Made by a program: the position numbers and the translations under genes. Of a stretch of 23,605 nt of DNA, positions 7,407 to 17,042 are shown piece by piece. Positions within the stretch are counted from its first letter, which is position 1, and each line of letters begins with the position of its first letter. Location of the stretch: the NCBI GenBank assembly GCA_040905425.1, contig JBBDRO010000076.1:1-23605 (forward strand), in the 5' to 3' direction. The stretch comes from Gemmatimonadota bacterium. Its GTDB lineage: Bacteria; Gemmatimonadota; Gemmatimonadetes; Longimicrobiales; RSA9. The notes beneath the pieces are model-generated. The model worked only from the letters and a program-made list of their open reading frames with translations, ran no database searches and had not been told where the DNA came from.

Positions 7407-7901
7407 GTGAAGATCCATACACTGGAGAAGGCGTTCCTGACGGCCGGCCTCGTGGTGCTGGTGGCCTGCGCCGCGGCGCTGGTGTACGCCACGTTCGGCA
7501 TGGGCATTCACCTCCCGGGGGATCACGGGCGGATCGACCCCGGCGCGGTGAGGAGCACAGCGCCATTCGACGCACCGGGGGTCCGGCTCCTGGCGGACGG
7601 GCGCTACGAGGCGGTGATCATCGGCAGCGCGTGGAGTTTCCAGCCGGAATCCGTGCGGGTTCCCGCCGGCGTTGAGATCGTCTTCACGGCCACCACCACC
7701 GATGTGATCCACGGCTTCAATATCGAGGGCACGCGCCTGAACATGATGCTGATCCCCGGCCAGATCTCGCAGAACACCTACACCTTCAAGGAACCGGGCG
7801 AGTACCTCCTCATCTGCCATGAGTACTGCGGCCTCGGCCACCACCTGATGGCGGGTCGCGTGATCGTGGTGGACCCCGCGCAGTTCGAGGAGGTGCAGTG
7901 A
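7407..7901 (+). CDS. cbaB: Cytochrome ba3-type oxidase subunit II (CuA)
   Basis: Single N-terminal TM; DVIHGF...CHEYCGLGHHLM CuA motif; GGAG RBS. Confidence 0.95.
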   Translation: MKIHTLEKAFLTAGLVVLVACAAALVYATFGMGIHLPGDHGRIDPGAVRSTAPFDAPGVRLLADGRYEAVIIGSAWSFQPESVRVPAGVEIVFTATTTDVIHGFNIEGTRLNMMLIPGQISQNTYTFKEPGEYLLICHEYCGLGHHLMAGRVIVVDPAQFEEVQ

Positions 7902-9571
7902 TGGCTACCCGCACGCCCGTGGTCCTGAACCCCGCCGGGTACGACCTTCCGGACACACAGCGCCGGGCCCTGCGCTGGACCATGTACATCGGCTACGCGG
8001 CGCTGATCGCCGGTGTGTTCCACGGCCTGGCCAACGCCCTGTCCTACGCCGGGATCAGCATCCTGGGCTGGTTCCCCGGGCTGAGCACCTACTACCAGGG
8101 GCTGACGGCCCACGGCGTGGCCAACGTCCTGATCTTCACCTTCTCCTTCTCCAACGCGTTCCTGCCGCTCCTGACGGCGCGGGCGCTCAGCCGGCCGCTC
8201 CATTCAGGGCTGCTGTGGGCCAGCCTGGGCGCGCTGGTGCTGGGGAACCTGATGGTCATCTACGCGGTGGTGGGGAACCGGGCCACCGTGCTCTACACGT
8301 CCTATGCGCCGCTGCAGGCCCACTGGACCTACTATCTCGGCCTCGCGCTGGTGGTGGTCAGCACGTGGATAGCCATGCTCAACATGTGGGTGGCCATGCG
8401 CGGCTGGCGGAGGGAGCACCCGGGCGAGCGCACGCCGCTGCTGGCCTACGTCTCGGTGGCGTCCTACCTCATGTGGTTCCTGGCCTCTCTGCCCATTGCC
8501 GTCTCGTTCCTCGGCTTCATGCTGCCCTGGTCCCTGGGGATCACCGAGACGATCGACCCGCTATTCACACGCACGCTCTTCTGGTTCTCGGGGCACGCCA
8601 TCGTGTATGCCTGGCTGCTGCCGGCGTATGTCTCCTGGTACCTTCTCATCCCGCGCCAGGTGGACGGGTCGCTCATCAGTGACAGCTACACCCGCATTGT
8701 CTGGATCCTCTTCCTCCTCCTGTCCATCCCGACCGGATTCCACCACCAGTACACGGACCCGGGCATCAGCCAGGGGATGAAGGCGCTCCACGGCGTGCTC
8801 ACCTTCGGCGTGTTCTTCCCCAGCCTGGCCACGGCCTTCGCGGTCATGGCGGCGCTGGAAATCGGCGGCCGCCGCCGGGGCGGGAAGGGGCTCGTGGGAT
8901 GGGTGAAGAAGCTGCCCTGGGGTGACCCATCCGTGGCGGCCCAGATCCTGGCCATGCTCACCTTCGTGCTGGGCGGCGCCACGGGGCTCGTGAATGCCAG
9001 CTTCACCATGAACCAGGTCATTCACAACACCACCTGGGTGCCCGGTCACTTCCACATGACCGTGGGCACGGCCGTGGCCCTCACGCTCATGGGCGTAGGC
9101 TTCTGGATGGTCCCGCACCTGACCCGGCGGGCGCTCTACAGCCGGCGGCTCGCGCTGGCCTCATCGTGGGTCTACACCATCGGCGTGCTCATCTTTGCCC
9201 GCGGGATGATCTCCGGCGGGCTGGAGGGCATGCCGCGCCGGACGTTCCTGGCGGAGGCCTCCTACGCCAGTGAGGCGTGGCGGCTGCCGGGCATCCTGAC
9301 GGGGGTGGGCGGAACGATCATGTTCGTGGGCGTGATGCTCTTCTTCGTGGTCATCGGCCTCACCGTGGTGGCGGGTCGGAAGGGAGCCGAGCCCACGGAT
9401 ATCCCCGTGTCGGACACGCTCACGGCCCCCGCGAAGGATGGCTGGGAGCCGGTGCTGGACCGCCTGGGGTGGTGGGCCGTGGCCGCGATCGTGCTCATCC
9501 TCATCGCGTACGGCCCCTTCTTCCTGGGTTACGACTACACGCCGGTCTCGCCGGGCTTCCGGCTGTTCTGA
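7898..9571 (+). CDS. cbaA: Cytochrome ba3-type (B-family) heme-copper oxidase subunit I
   Basis: YYQGLTAHG, LFWFSGHAIVYAWLLPAY, GFHHQY, HNTTWVPGHFH, PRR. Confidence 0.95.
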   Translation: MMATRTPVVLNPAGYDLPDTQRRALRWTMYIGYAALIAGVFHGLANALSYAGISILGWFPGLSTYYQGLTAHGVANVLIFTFSFSNAFLPLLTARALSRPLHSGLLWASLGALVLGNLMVIYAVVGNRATVLYTSYAPLQAHWTYYLGLALVVVSTWIAMLNMWVAMRGWRREHPGERTPLLAYVSVASYLMWFLASLPIAVSFLGFMLPWSLGITETIDPLFTRTLFWFSGHAIVYAWLLPAYVSWYLLIPRQVDGSLISDSYTRIVWILFLLLSIPTGFHHQYTDPGISQGMKALHGVLTFGVFFPSLATAFAVMAALEIGGRRRGGKGLVGWVKKLPWGDPSVAAQILAMLTFVLGGATGLVNASFTMNQVIHNTTWVPGHFHMTVGTAVALTLMGVGFWMVPHLTRRALYSRRLALASSWVYTIGVLIFARGMISGGLEGMPRRTFLAEASYASEAWRLPGILTGVGGTIMFVGVMLFFVVIGLTVVAGRKGAEPTDIPVSDTLTAPAKDGWEPVLDRLGWWAVAAIVLILIAYGPFFLGYDYTPVSPGFRLF

Positions 9572-9685
9572 CCTCGGCCGGGCGGCCTGGGAAATTGTCC
9601 TGATCGCTGACAGGGAGCGGCGTAGATACACGTAGCCCGCTCACATGAGCTCGAACGCCGCCCTGGCGGAACAGATGGATCCCCT

Positions 9686-11080
9686 TCATCGGTCCACTCG
9701 GCCGGCGTCCGGCACGATGTTCTGGTTCAGACGAAAGACGTTGTCCGGGTCCCACGCGCCCTTGATCTCCACCAGCCGGTCGTAGCCCGGGCCGTAGTTC
9801 TCCCGGACCCGCACCTGGTCGTCGGCGGCCATGAAGTTGGTGTAGCCCCCCTCGTATCCCGAATAGGGGTGGACGGCGGCGTAATAGTCCCTGACCCACG
9901 CAGTGTGAGCCTCCTCCTGCTCCGGGTGGGGCCACATGCCGACGATGGTGAAGGCAAAGTCCGCATTGCGGTACCCGAAGGCGGTGGCGTCGTCGTCCAC
10001 TTCCTGAGGTGCGCCGTCCAGAGGGTAGATGTGCATGGTGGAGTTCACCGACGGGACCCGTGCGCCGTGCTCGATGTGCACGCGGAGGGACTCATCGGTC
10101 AGCTTGTCCACGAAGTCCGACTTCCAGTAGTGGTGCAGGCCGGCCGGGATCAGCCCGTCGAACGCGCTTTGAAGCACCGGGTAGGGCATCGAGTCCACGT
10201 GCTCGGCGACGACCGGGCCCGCCGCCCGGATCGGGTCGAGCACGTCTGCGGCGTCCGCCGGGTCCCCGCTCCAGCACGTGACCACGAGGAATAGAGTGTC
10301 ACCGTGGCGATCCTCCGGGATGAAGGGCAGCGGCGGCGCGATCTGGAACCCCATGAAGCCGCCCAGCTCTCGGGGGGCCGTCTTCAGGTAGTCGCGGTAG
10401 AAGCGCATGACGTCCTCGGCGGCCTCGAGCTCGAAGAAGATTGGGCCGCCGACGATGTCCTTTACCGGATGAAGCCGAAACTCCATCGAGGTGACCACGC
10501 CGAAGTTCCCTCCGCCGCCGCGGAGGGCCCAGAAGAGGTCCTGATTCTCGTCCTCGCTGGCGGTGACCTGCCGCCCGTCGGCCGTGACCATGTCGGCCGA
10601 CAGCAGGTTGTCACACGCGAGGCCGTGCTTGCGGCCCAGATAGGCCGCGATCCCGCCGCCCAGCGTCAGCCCCGCCACGCCGGTGGTGGAGGCAAAGCCC
10701 AGCGGCGTGGCCAGGCCGAACGGGTAGCCGGCGTGGTCCAGATCGCCCAACAGGGCGCCGCCGCCCACCCGGGCGACCCGCGCGTCGGGGTCGATCCGGA
10801 CGTTCCTCATCCCGCTCAGGTCGATCACGATGCCGTCGTCGCAGGTGCCGTACCCCGGCACGCTGTGCGACCCGCCCCGGACCGCCACCGCGAGGTCGCG
10901 TTCCCTGGCGTGGTCGAGCGCGGCCATGACATCGGCCGCGTCCATGGGTCGGACGATCGCGGCGGGTCGGCGGTCGTGCATCGCGTTGTAGACGGCCCGG
11001 GCGGCGTCGTACTCGTCGTCGCCGGGTGTGATCACCGGTCCTCGGATCCGTTCGCTGAGACTTCCGCTTGCAGCGTTCAT
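9686..11080 (-). CDS. FAD-linked oxidoreductase (VAO/PCMH, BBE-like C-terminus)
   Basis: RGGSHS flavinylation His, GLTLGGG, DLFWALRGGGGNFGVVT, YTNF...WDPDNVFRLNQNI; AAGGAG RBS. Confidence 0.93.
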   Translation of the reverse strand: MNAASGSLSERIRGPVITPGDDEYDAARAVYNAMHDRRPAAIVRPMDAADVMAALDHARERDLAVAVRGGSHSVPGYGTCDDGIVIDLSGMRNVRIDPDARVARVGGGALLGDLDHAGYPFGLATPLGFASTTGVAGLTLGGGIAAYLGRKHGLACDNLLSADMVTADGRQVTASEDENQDLFWALRGGGGNFGVVTSMEFRLHPVKDIVGGPIFFELEAAEDVMRFYRDYLKTAPRELGGFMGFQIAPPLPFIPEDRHGDTLFLVVTCWSGDPADAADVLDPIRAAGPVVAEHVDSMPYPVLQSAFDGLIPAGLHHYWKSDFVDKLTDESLRVHIEHGARVPSVNSTMHIYPLDGAPQEVDDDATAFGYRNADFAFTIVGMWPHPEQEEAHTAWVRDYYAAVHPYSGYEGGYTNFMAADDQVRVRENYGPGYDRLVEIKGAWDPDNVFRLNQNIVPDAGRVDR

Positions 11081-11145
11081 GGGGCTCCTTCAGTGTGGGG
11101 GATGAGCCGCTCAGGATACGATCGCGCTGGCGCATGGTGCATTCA

Positions 11146-11162
11146 AGTACAGAAACTGTACT
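11146..11162. promoter_or_regulatory. Inverted-repeat operator between divergent genes
   Basis: Perfect AGTACAG-AAA-CTGTACT in an AT-richer patch. Confidence 0.7.
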
Positions 11163-11197
11163 GGCCCTCCCGATGATCCGCGCCCATCATAGGACCC

Positions 11198-11884
11198 ATG
11201 GACACCTACGGTCAGTTCTGCCCCGTGGCCCTTGCGGCCGAAGTGCTCACACGGCGGTGGACGCCGCTGGTCATCCGGGAGCTGCTGTGCGGAAGCACGC
11301 GGTTCAACGACCTTCGTCGGGGCGTCCCGCGGATGTCGCCCTCGCTCCTTTCGACCCGGCTCGACGAGCTGGAGGTGGCGGGCATCGTGACCCGGCGCGT
11401 GCCCGAGGGGAGCGACCACCCGGAATACCGCCTCACCCGGGCGGGGGAGGAACTGCGACCGATCGTCGAGGCCATGGGCGTGTGGGGGCGCCGCTGGACG
11501 AGCGGCGACCTGACCGACGAGGAGCTGGATCCCGACCTCCTGATGTGGGATGTCCGCCGTCGGCTGGACGCGTCGAAGGCGCCCCGCGGCCGTACCGTGG
11601 TCCGGTTCCACTTTCCCGACCAGCCCGAGGCCCGTCAGAGCTACTGGCTGGTGGTGGAGGGTGACGGCGAGGTGGACCTGTGCTGGCACGACCCGGGGCA
11701 CCCCGTCGACCTGGTGGTCGAGGCGGAGCTGGCCACCATGACGGGGATCTGGGTGGGCGACTACCGCTTTGACGAGGTGCTGGAGCGACGCGAGGTGAGG
11801 CTCAGGGGCCCAACCGAGCTCCAGCGCTCGTTTCCGAGATGGCTCGGGCTCAGCCTGTTCGCGGCGGTGGCCCGACCGGCGTGA
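11198..11884 (+). CDS. HxlR-family winged-HTH regulator with a C-terminal SCP2-like domain
   Basis: YGQFCPVALAAEVL..RWTPLVIREL..GSTRFNDLRRGVPRMSPSLLS.RL..LE..G...EYRLT.AG. Confidence 0.92.
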   Translation: MDTYGQFCPVALAAEVLTRRWTPLVIRELLCGSTRFNDLRRGVPRMSPSLLSTRLDELEVAGIVTRRVPEGSDHPEYRLTRAGEELRPIVEAMGVWGRRWTSGDLTDEELDPDLLMWDVRRRLDASKAPRGRTVVRFHFPDQPEARQSYWLVVEGDGEVDLCWHDPGHPVDLVVEAELATMTGIWVGDYRFDEVLERREVRLRGPTELQRSFPRWLGLSLFAAVARPA

Positions 11885-11904
11885 TCGCTAGAATGGAAGG
11901 TCTG

Positions 11905-11946
11905 GACGGCCTCTTCAGCGAGGCGCCGAACGGCACCGTGCGCTTG
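11905..11946 (+). mobile_element. Short IS91-like transposase fragment
   Basis: 36/42 nt identical to the reverse complement of 672-713 (DGLFSEAPNGTVRL vs DGLFSEQPDDSVRL). Confidence 0.8.
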
Positions 11947-12070
11947 CCGCCCCGCTCCGTCCCGATACGCCATGGCGCAGGGCTCCTGACCGCATCCCAG
12001 CAGGACCGGCCGGAAACCAGGGGACCTGGGCTGAGGACGCCCGCGGTTCACCGTCCCCGCCAGTCTTGCA

Positions 12071-12409
12071 TCAGCCGACCGCAACTCGGAGATGCCCGCG
12101 CTCCTCTCCTTTGCGCGTGGGGCGGATGCGGATCTCGACATCCTGGCCGAGGGCGTTCAACAGGCGCGTGAGCCGTTCGATCGAGTAACCGGAGAGCCGT
12201 CCACGCATCAGGTTGGAGACATCCGGCTGCGCCACACCGAGCAGGTCCGCCGCTTCCGACTGAGTCAAGCCGCGCGACTCGACCTCCCGCGAGATGGCGA
12301 TGGCCAAATCGGCCTTGGCCAGACGCTCCTCGGGATCACTCAGCCCGAGGTCGGCGAACACATTGCCGCTACTCTCCTCCACCGGGATCTTACTGCGCTT
12401 CTTGGCCAT
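12071..12409 (-). CDS. XRE-family HTH antitoxin (HTH_37-like)
   Basis: SSGNVFADLG, GLTQSEAADLLGVAQPDVSNLMRG, downstream of a RelE-like toxin. Confidence 0.9.
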   Translation of the reverse strand: MAKKRSKIPVEESSGNVFADLGLSDPEERLAKADLAIAISREVESRGLTQSEAADLLGVAQPDVSNLMRGRLSGYSIERLTRLLNALGQDVEIRIRPTRKGEERGHLRVAVG

Positions 12410-12785
12410 GTTGCGCCCTCCACCTCATGTAGTGCTCCTCCGCTGCCTTCAGCCGCGCGCGAATCAGCTCCATATCCGGCTGCGGCTGCGGCGTGGCGAT
12501 TCCATGCTTCGACTTCTTCTGGAACGCGTGCGTCACATAGACCACTCCCCCGAACTGTACGGTGTAGACCGCCCGGTACGTGCTCCAGTCGAAATCTCCG
12601 ACCACCTCCAGGACACCTGCTCCTCCAAACCCCTTCAGCACCTTCGCGTTGATCCGCGTGCCGCCGAACTGCGCATCGCGCAGGGCATACCCCATCTCGT
12701 CCTGCACCTGTGCCGGGAAGCTCTTCAAGTTCTTCCGGCTGGAGCCCATCCAGAACAGGGGCTTCAGGGGCGGTCAACATTTCAT
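12390..12785 (-). pseudogene. Gp49/RelE-ParE family toxin with an in-frame TGA at codon 4 (or an N-truncated CDS from 12749)
   Basis: GAGGG-8nt-ATG AAA TGT TGA CCG CCC CTG AAG CCC CTG TTC TGG ATG; body has YRAVYTV...VYVTHAFQKKSK.GIATP. Confidence 0.7.
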
Positions 12786-12803
12786 TGTTGCAGCCCTCTG
12801 ATT

Positions 12804-12821
12804 TATAATAGATGTACTATA
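12804..12821. promoter_or_regulatory. AT-rich imperfect palindrome, probable TA autoregulatory operator
   Basis: TATAATAGATGTACTATA matches its reverse complement at 14/18; 18 bp upstream of the toxin ATG. Confidence 0.6.
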
Positions 12822-13032
12822 GGAACGGAAGGGGCTCAAGGGTGAGTTGCGTCGAGATCATTGAGATGGCCCTTATGGCGCGGGGGGGCACCCCCCCTCG
12901 GCCCTCCCGGAGGACGTCGGGCGATGCTCGAAGGGCTCACGGGCTTCGCGACCCCCATCACCCCCCGTGCGCCGGGGCACCACTACGCGTTATTGTGTCC
13001 CGTAACCTCCAACCTCTTCCGAGAGTATCGCG

Positions 13033-16000
13033 ATGCCCCCGACCGGCACACCTCGGTGGCTCACCGCGGCCGCCGCCGCGCTGCTTGCGGCGCCGCTGGC
13101 CGCGCCCGCCACGCTCCGCGCCCAGGCGGCGCCCCCCGTGACCCTGGACCCGGCCCTGCTGGCGCACTACGAGTGGCGTAACCTGGGCCCCGACAAGGGC
13201 GGCCGCTCCATTGCCGCCGCCGGCGTGCCGGGCCAGCCGGACGTGGCCTATTTCGGTGCCGTGGGCGGCGGGCTCTGGAAGACCGCGGACGGCGGCGAGT
13301 CCTGGCAGCCCATCACCGACGGCCAGATCACCAGCGCCTCCGTGGGCGCCGTGGCGGTGAGCCCGTTCGACCCCGACATCCTCTTCATTGGCACGGGCGA
13401 GACCTGCATCCGCGGCAACATCATGCCGGGGGACGGCGTCTACCGGAGCCGCGATGGCGGGGAGACCTGGCGGAAGGTGGGCTTCGACGGCGTGGACGCC
13501 ATCTCCAAGATCCGCTTCCACCCCACGAACCCGGACGTGGTGTTCGCCGCCGTCTTCGGGCAGTACAGCGTGCCCAGCCAGGAGCGGGGCCTCTACCGTA
13601 GCACGGACGGCGGGAACACCTGGGACCGCGTCCTTTTCAGGGACGAGAATTCCGGCGCCATCGACCTGTCCATCGACCCCAACGACCCGCAGGTCATGTA
13701 CGCTGCGCTGTGGGAAGCCTTTCGGAAGGAATACACCATGTCCAGCGGGGGGCCGGGGAGCGGCCTCTACAAGAGCACCGACGGCGGCACCACGTGGACG
13801 GAGATCACCCGGGCGCCGGGGCTGCCCGCCGAGGGCGTGGTGGGCCGCATCGGCGTGGCCGTCTCCCCCGTGGACGGGCAGCGCGTCTACGCCCTGGTGG
13901 AGCACGAGAACGGCGGCCTGTTCGTAAGCGACGATGCCGGCGCAACCTTCCGGCTGGCGAACGACGATCGCTCCATCCGCCAGCGCTCGTTCTACTACAC
14001 CCACGTCTTCGCCGACCCAGCGGACCGGGACGTGGTCTACGTGGAGAATACCTCCCTCTTCCGCTCGGAGGACGCGGGCCAATCACTGCGCAGCATCCGC
14101 GGCACCCACGGCGATTTCCACGACCTGTGGATCGACCCGCAGGATCCCACGCACCTGGTGGTGGCCAACGACGGCGGCGGCGCCGTCTCCACCGACACGG
14201 GCGGCGACTGGACGGACCAGGACTTCCCCACCGCCCAGTTCTACCACGTGGTAACCACGGCCCACGAGCCGCCCCACGTATGCGGGGCGCAGCAGGACAA
14301 CAGCACTTTCTGCATGCCCATCGGCTGGAACGCCAACCGCCGGGGGGAGGACGTCACGGCGGGCAGCACGGGAGCGGGCTACGGCGCCGGCGGCGGCGAA
14401 CCCGGCTACATCGCCCCCGACCCCAATGACGTGGACCAGTTCTACAGCGGCACCAACAACGGCGGCTACGTGGACAAGTACAACCGCCGCATCGGCTTCC
14501 GCCGCGAGGTGAACCCCTACCCGTGGTTCTATTCGGGCGAGCCGTCCAGCGCCATCCGGGAACGGTGGCAGTGGACCTTCCCCATTCTCTTCAGCCCGGC
14601 GGACGACAGCCTGCTCTACGTCTCCTCGCAGCGCCTCTGGGCCAGCCGGGACGGCGGCAACACGTGGACGGCGCTCTCCGGCGACCTGACCCGCCACGAC
14701 CCCGCCACCATGGGCCACTCCGGCGGCCCCATCACGGGGGACATGAACGGGCCCGAGGTCTACGCCACCATCTTCGCCGTGGGCCCCGGCAAACGGACCA
14801 CGGACGTCATCTGGACGGGCTCCGATGACGGCCTGGTGCACGTCACCCGGGACGGCGGCGCCAACTGGACGAACGTCACGCCACCGGGGATGCCGGACTT
14901 CGGGCGCGTCAGCCAGATCGACGCCTCCGCCTTCGATGACGCCACCGCCTACGTGGCGGTGAAGCGCCCCCTGCTCGATGACCGGGCTCCCTACGTCTTC
15001 CGCACCCGCGACTACGGCCGCACGTGGACAAAGATCGTGGACGGCCTGCGGGATGACGACTACGTGCACGTGGTGCGGGAGGATCCCACGCGCCAGGGCC
15101 TCCTCTACGCCGGGACACAGCACGGCGTCTACGTCTCCTACGACGACGGAACCCGCTGGCAGGAGCTGTCCCTGAACCTCCCCGACGTACCGGTGGTGGA
15201 CCTGGTGGTGGAGGCCAACGAGCTGGTCATTGCCACGCACGGGCGGAGCTTCTGGGTGCTGGACAACATCACGCCACTGCGCCAGGCAGCCTCCGGGATG
15301 CTGGCCACGGACGTGCACCTCTTCGAGCCGCCAGTGGCGCTCCGCTCCGGTCTACCCGCAAGCTTCACCTGGTGGCTGGGGAGGCGGCCGGAGCGGACTA
15401 CGCTGGAGGTAATGGACGCCTCCGGCCGGGTCCTCCACACCATGGTGTCCGACACCACGCCGGAGGTGCCCGAGGACCAGGGCGGCGGCTTCGGTGGCCG
15501 GGGCCGGTTCGGCGGCGGCGGGTTCATTCCCACAGAGGAGGGCCTGAACACCTTCCAATGGAATCTGCTCACGGAGGGATACAGCACCTTCGATGGCATG
15601 ATCCTGTGGGGCGCGCGGAGCCGCGGGCCCGCCATCCCGCCCGGACGCTACACCCTGCGCCTGACGGCGGACGACCGCACCGTGACGGCGCCCTTCACCG
15701 TGGCGCGTAATCCCCTTATCCCGGGCATCACGGACGTGGACCTCGTCGAGCAGTTCCGCTTCTCCAGTATGGTCCGGGACCGGACGAGCGACGCCAACCG
15801 CGCCGTCATAGCCATCCGCCGGGTGAAGACCCAGCTCGAGAACCGCCTGGAGCGCTCCGACGATGCCCGCTTGCGGGAGGCGGGTGCGGGCCTGGTGGAG
15901 GCGGCCTCCGCCGTGGAGGCGGACATCTACCAGGTGAAGAACCGCAGCGGCCAGGACCCGCTGAACTTCCCCATCAAGGTGAACAACCGCCTGGCCAACC

Positions 16001-16215
16001 TCCTCTCCATGGCGGAGCGTGGGGACGGGCGGCCCAACGAGAACATGCTGGAGATCTACGGCATCCTGGACAGGGAGCTGGCCGGCTACGAGGCACGGCT
16101 GGACGGGGTCTGGGCCATGGAACTGACTGCGGTGAACGGCCACCTGCGACGCCTCGGGTTGCCGGTGCTCGACCCGGCCTGCACGGAGGCGGAGGGTTGC
16201 GGAGTGACGCCGTGA
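13033..16215 (+). CDS. Secreted BNR/Asp-box (VPS10/sortilin-like) glycosyl hydrolase-like beta-propeller protein
   Basis: Signal peptide; WRNLGP..GGR; many S/T-x-D-G-G-x-T-W repeats; [17 protein letters not shown]; helical C-terminus. Confidence 0.9.
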   Translation: MPPTGTPRWLTAAAAALLAAPLAAPATLRAQAAPPVTLDPALLAHYEWRNLGPDKGGRSIAAAGVPGQPDVAYFGAVGGGLWKTADGGESWQPITDGQITSASVGAVAVSPFDPDILFIGTGETCIRGNIMPGDGVYRSRDGGETWRKVGFDGVDAISKIRFHPTNPDVVFAAVFGQYSVPSQERGLYRSTDGGNTWDRVLFRDENSGAIDLSIDPNDPQVMYAALWEAFRKEYTMSSGGPGSGLYKSTDGGTTWTEITRAPGLPAEGVVGRIGVAVSPVDGQRVYALVEHENGGLFVSDDAGATFRLANDDRSIRQRSFYYTHVFADPADRDVVYVENTSLFRSEDAGQSLRSIRGTHGDFHDLWIDPQDPTHLVVANDGGGAVSTDTGGDWTDQDFPTAQFYHVVTTAHEPPHVCGAQQDNSTFCMPIGWNANRRGEDVTAGSTGAGYGAGGGEPGYIAPDPNDVDQFYSGTNNGGYVDKYNRRIGFRREVNPYPWFYSGEPSSAIRERWQWTFPILFSPADDSLLYVSSQRLWASRDGGNTWTALSGDLTRHDPATMGHSGGPITGDMNGPEVYATIFAVGPGKRTTDVIWTGSDDGLVHVTRDGGANWTNVTPPGMPDFGRVSQIDASAFDDATAYVAVKRPLLDDRAPYVFRTRDYGRTWTKIVDGLRDDDYVHVVREDPTRQGLLYAGTQHGVYVSYDDGTRWQELSLNLPDVPVVDLVVEANELVIATHGRSFWVLDNITPLRQAASGMLATDVHLFEPPVALRSGLPASFTWWLGRRPERTTLEVMDASGRVLHTMVSDTTPEVPEDQGGGFGGRGRFGGGGFIPTEEGLNTFQWNLLTEGYSTFDGMILWGARSRGPAIPPGRYTLRLTADDRTVTAPFTVARNPLIPGITDVDLVEQFRFSSMVRDRTSDANRAVIAIRRVKTQLENRLERSDDARLREAGAGLVEAASAVEADIYQVKNRSGQDPLNFPIKVNNRLANLLSMAERGDGRPNENMLEIYGILDRELAGYEARLDGVWAMELTAVNGHLRRLGLPVLDPACTEAEGCGVTP

Positions 16216-16274
16216 GGCGCACGGCCATGGCCGGACCCGGCGCGGGACCGTCGGTGGTCCTTCCACCCTCCCAC

Positions 16275-16498
16275 ATGATCACCGGCCAGGAGCAATCCGA
16301 CGAGGCAACTTGATCCTGCTGGACGAGCTGTCGAACGACCTGGACGTGGACACGCTCCGCGCCCTGGGGGACGCGCTGCTGGAGTTCGCCGGCTGCGCCG
16401 TGGTCATCTCCCACGACCGCTGGTTCCGGGACCGTATTGCCACCCACATCCTGGCCTTCGAGGGAGACAGCCAGGTGCGCTGGTTCGAAGGAAATTAT
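16275..16498 (+). pseudogene. ettA: Fragment of the ABC-F translational throttle EttA (second ABC domain), internally deleted and decayed
   Basis: MITGQEQSD joined out of frame to [21 protein letters not shown]...[32 protein letters not shown]. Confidence 0.88.
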
Positions 16499-16573
16499 CT
16501 GCCGGCCCGCAATGCGCGTGATTCTCCCTCATCCGGATATCCCGCCGGGCCGCGCTGGGCGGCGCCGCTTTCA

Positions 16574-16602
16574 TTGACACGGCGGGAGCCAGCCTCTACC
16601 GT
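16574..16602 (+). promoter_or_regulatory. sigma70 promoter, predicted start site at the GTG of the leader ORF
   Basis: TTGACA(16574)-17bp-TACCGT(16597); GTG16609 is 7 nt past the -10 end and has no SD. Confidence 0.7.
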
Positions 16603-16608
16603 TCGATT

Positions 16609-16944
16609 GTGACCCCTCATTCCAAGTACGTGGTTCTGCGGATATTCGCCGCAGTCATGGTCCTGCAGTTTGCGGCCGTGGGCACGGCCGTTGCCGTGCT
16701 GGACGCCGGCGCGCAGCGCGAGGGCACGACGGTCGAGGATCTGCACGACGGCTGCGGCTGTGTGCGGGCCCATGACCACACCATCTGCACCCAGGTAGCC
16801 GCAAATCGGATCCTCCACCCCCAGCCGCCACGCCAGGTGGCCGGGATCACGACGAGGGTTCCACCGACCTCTCGCTTTCGCGGCAACCCCGTCCTCCGCC
16901 GCGTTCCCGCGGCCCCCCGCTCCAGGGCACCACCCCGGGCCTGA
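16609..16944 (+). CDS. DUF2946/CruR-like leader peptide with a His/Cys cluster and a C-terminal RAPP arrest motif
   Basis: N-terminal hydrophobic segment; [15 protein letters not shown]; Pro/Arg-rich linker; ends ...PRSRAPPRA*; precedes metal import genes. Confidence 0.75.
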   Translation: MTPHSKYVVLRIFAAVMVLQFAAVGTAVAVLDAGAQREGTTVEDLHDGCGCVRAHDHTICTQVAANRILHPQPPRQVAGITTRVPPTSRFRGNPVLRRVPAAPRSRAPPRA

Positions 16945-17038
16945 GCGCGCTCCGCGCAATCGCTTCATCCGTTGCAGTAGCGCGGGGTCACGAAGACGCC
17001 GCGCGCTCGGCTCTGTCACACCCCCCCCGTGAGGAGTT
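16939..17038 (+). promoter_or_regulatory. Structured intergenic RNA with alternative stems, one occluding the SD of the next gene
   Basis: 16943-16950 pairs with 17001-17008; competing hairpin 16980-16989/16995-17004; 17009-17019 pairs with 17029-17038 covering GAGGAG. Confidence 0.55.
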
Positions 17039-17042
17039 GGAA

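Noticed and set aside
7898..9571. Nitric oxide reductase (bNOR-like) or A-family oxidase
   Set aside because: The cross-link Tyr is present, and the B-family motifs, single-TM subunit II and subunit IIa indicate a ba3-type O2 reductase
12774..12776. Selenocysteine or programmed readthrough at the toxin TGA (and at the amidohydrolase TAG 2699-2701)
   Set aside because: No recognisable SECIS-like hairpin, no catalytic rationale and no recoding genes; mutation or recombination scars are simpler
12882..12897. G7-CA-C7 inverted repeat as a terminator or transposon end
   Set aside because: Low complexity, no U-tract and no partner end
12958..16447. Long antisense ORFs (12958..14082, 14083..15318, 15352..16266 and similar ones elsewhere)
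   Set aside because: Typical high-GC shadow ORFs opposite well-supported genes, with no motifs
16310..16612. 100-aa ORF as a functional mini ABC-F acting on the adjacent RAPP leader
   Set aside because: Tempting adjacency, but it lacks Walker A and signature motifs, has a degenerate D-loop region and its tail is promoter DNA
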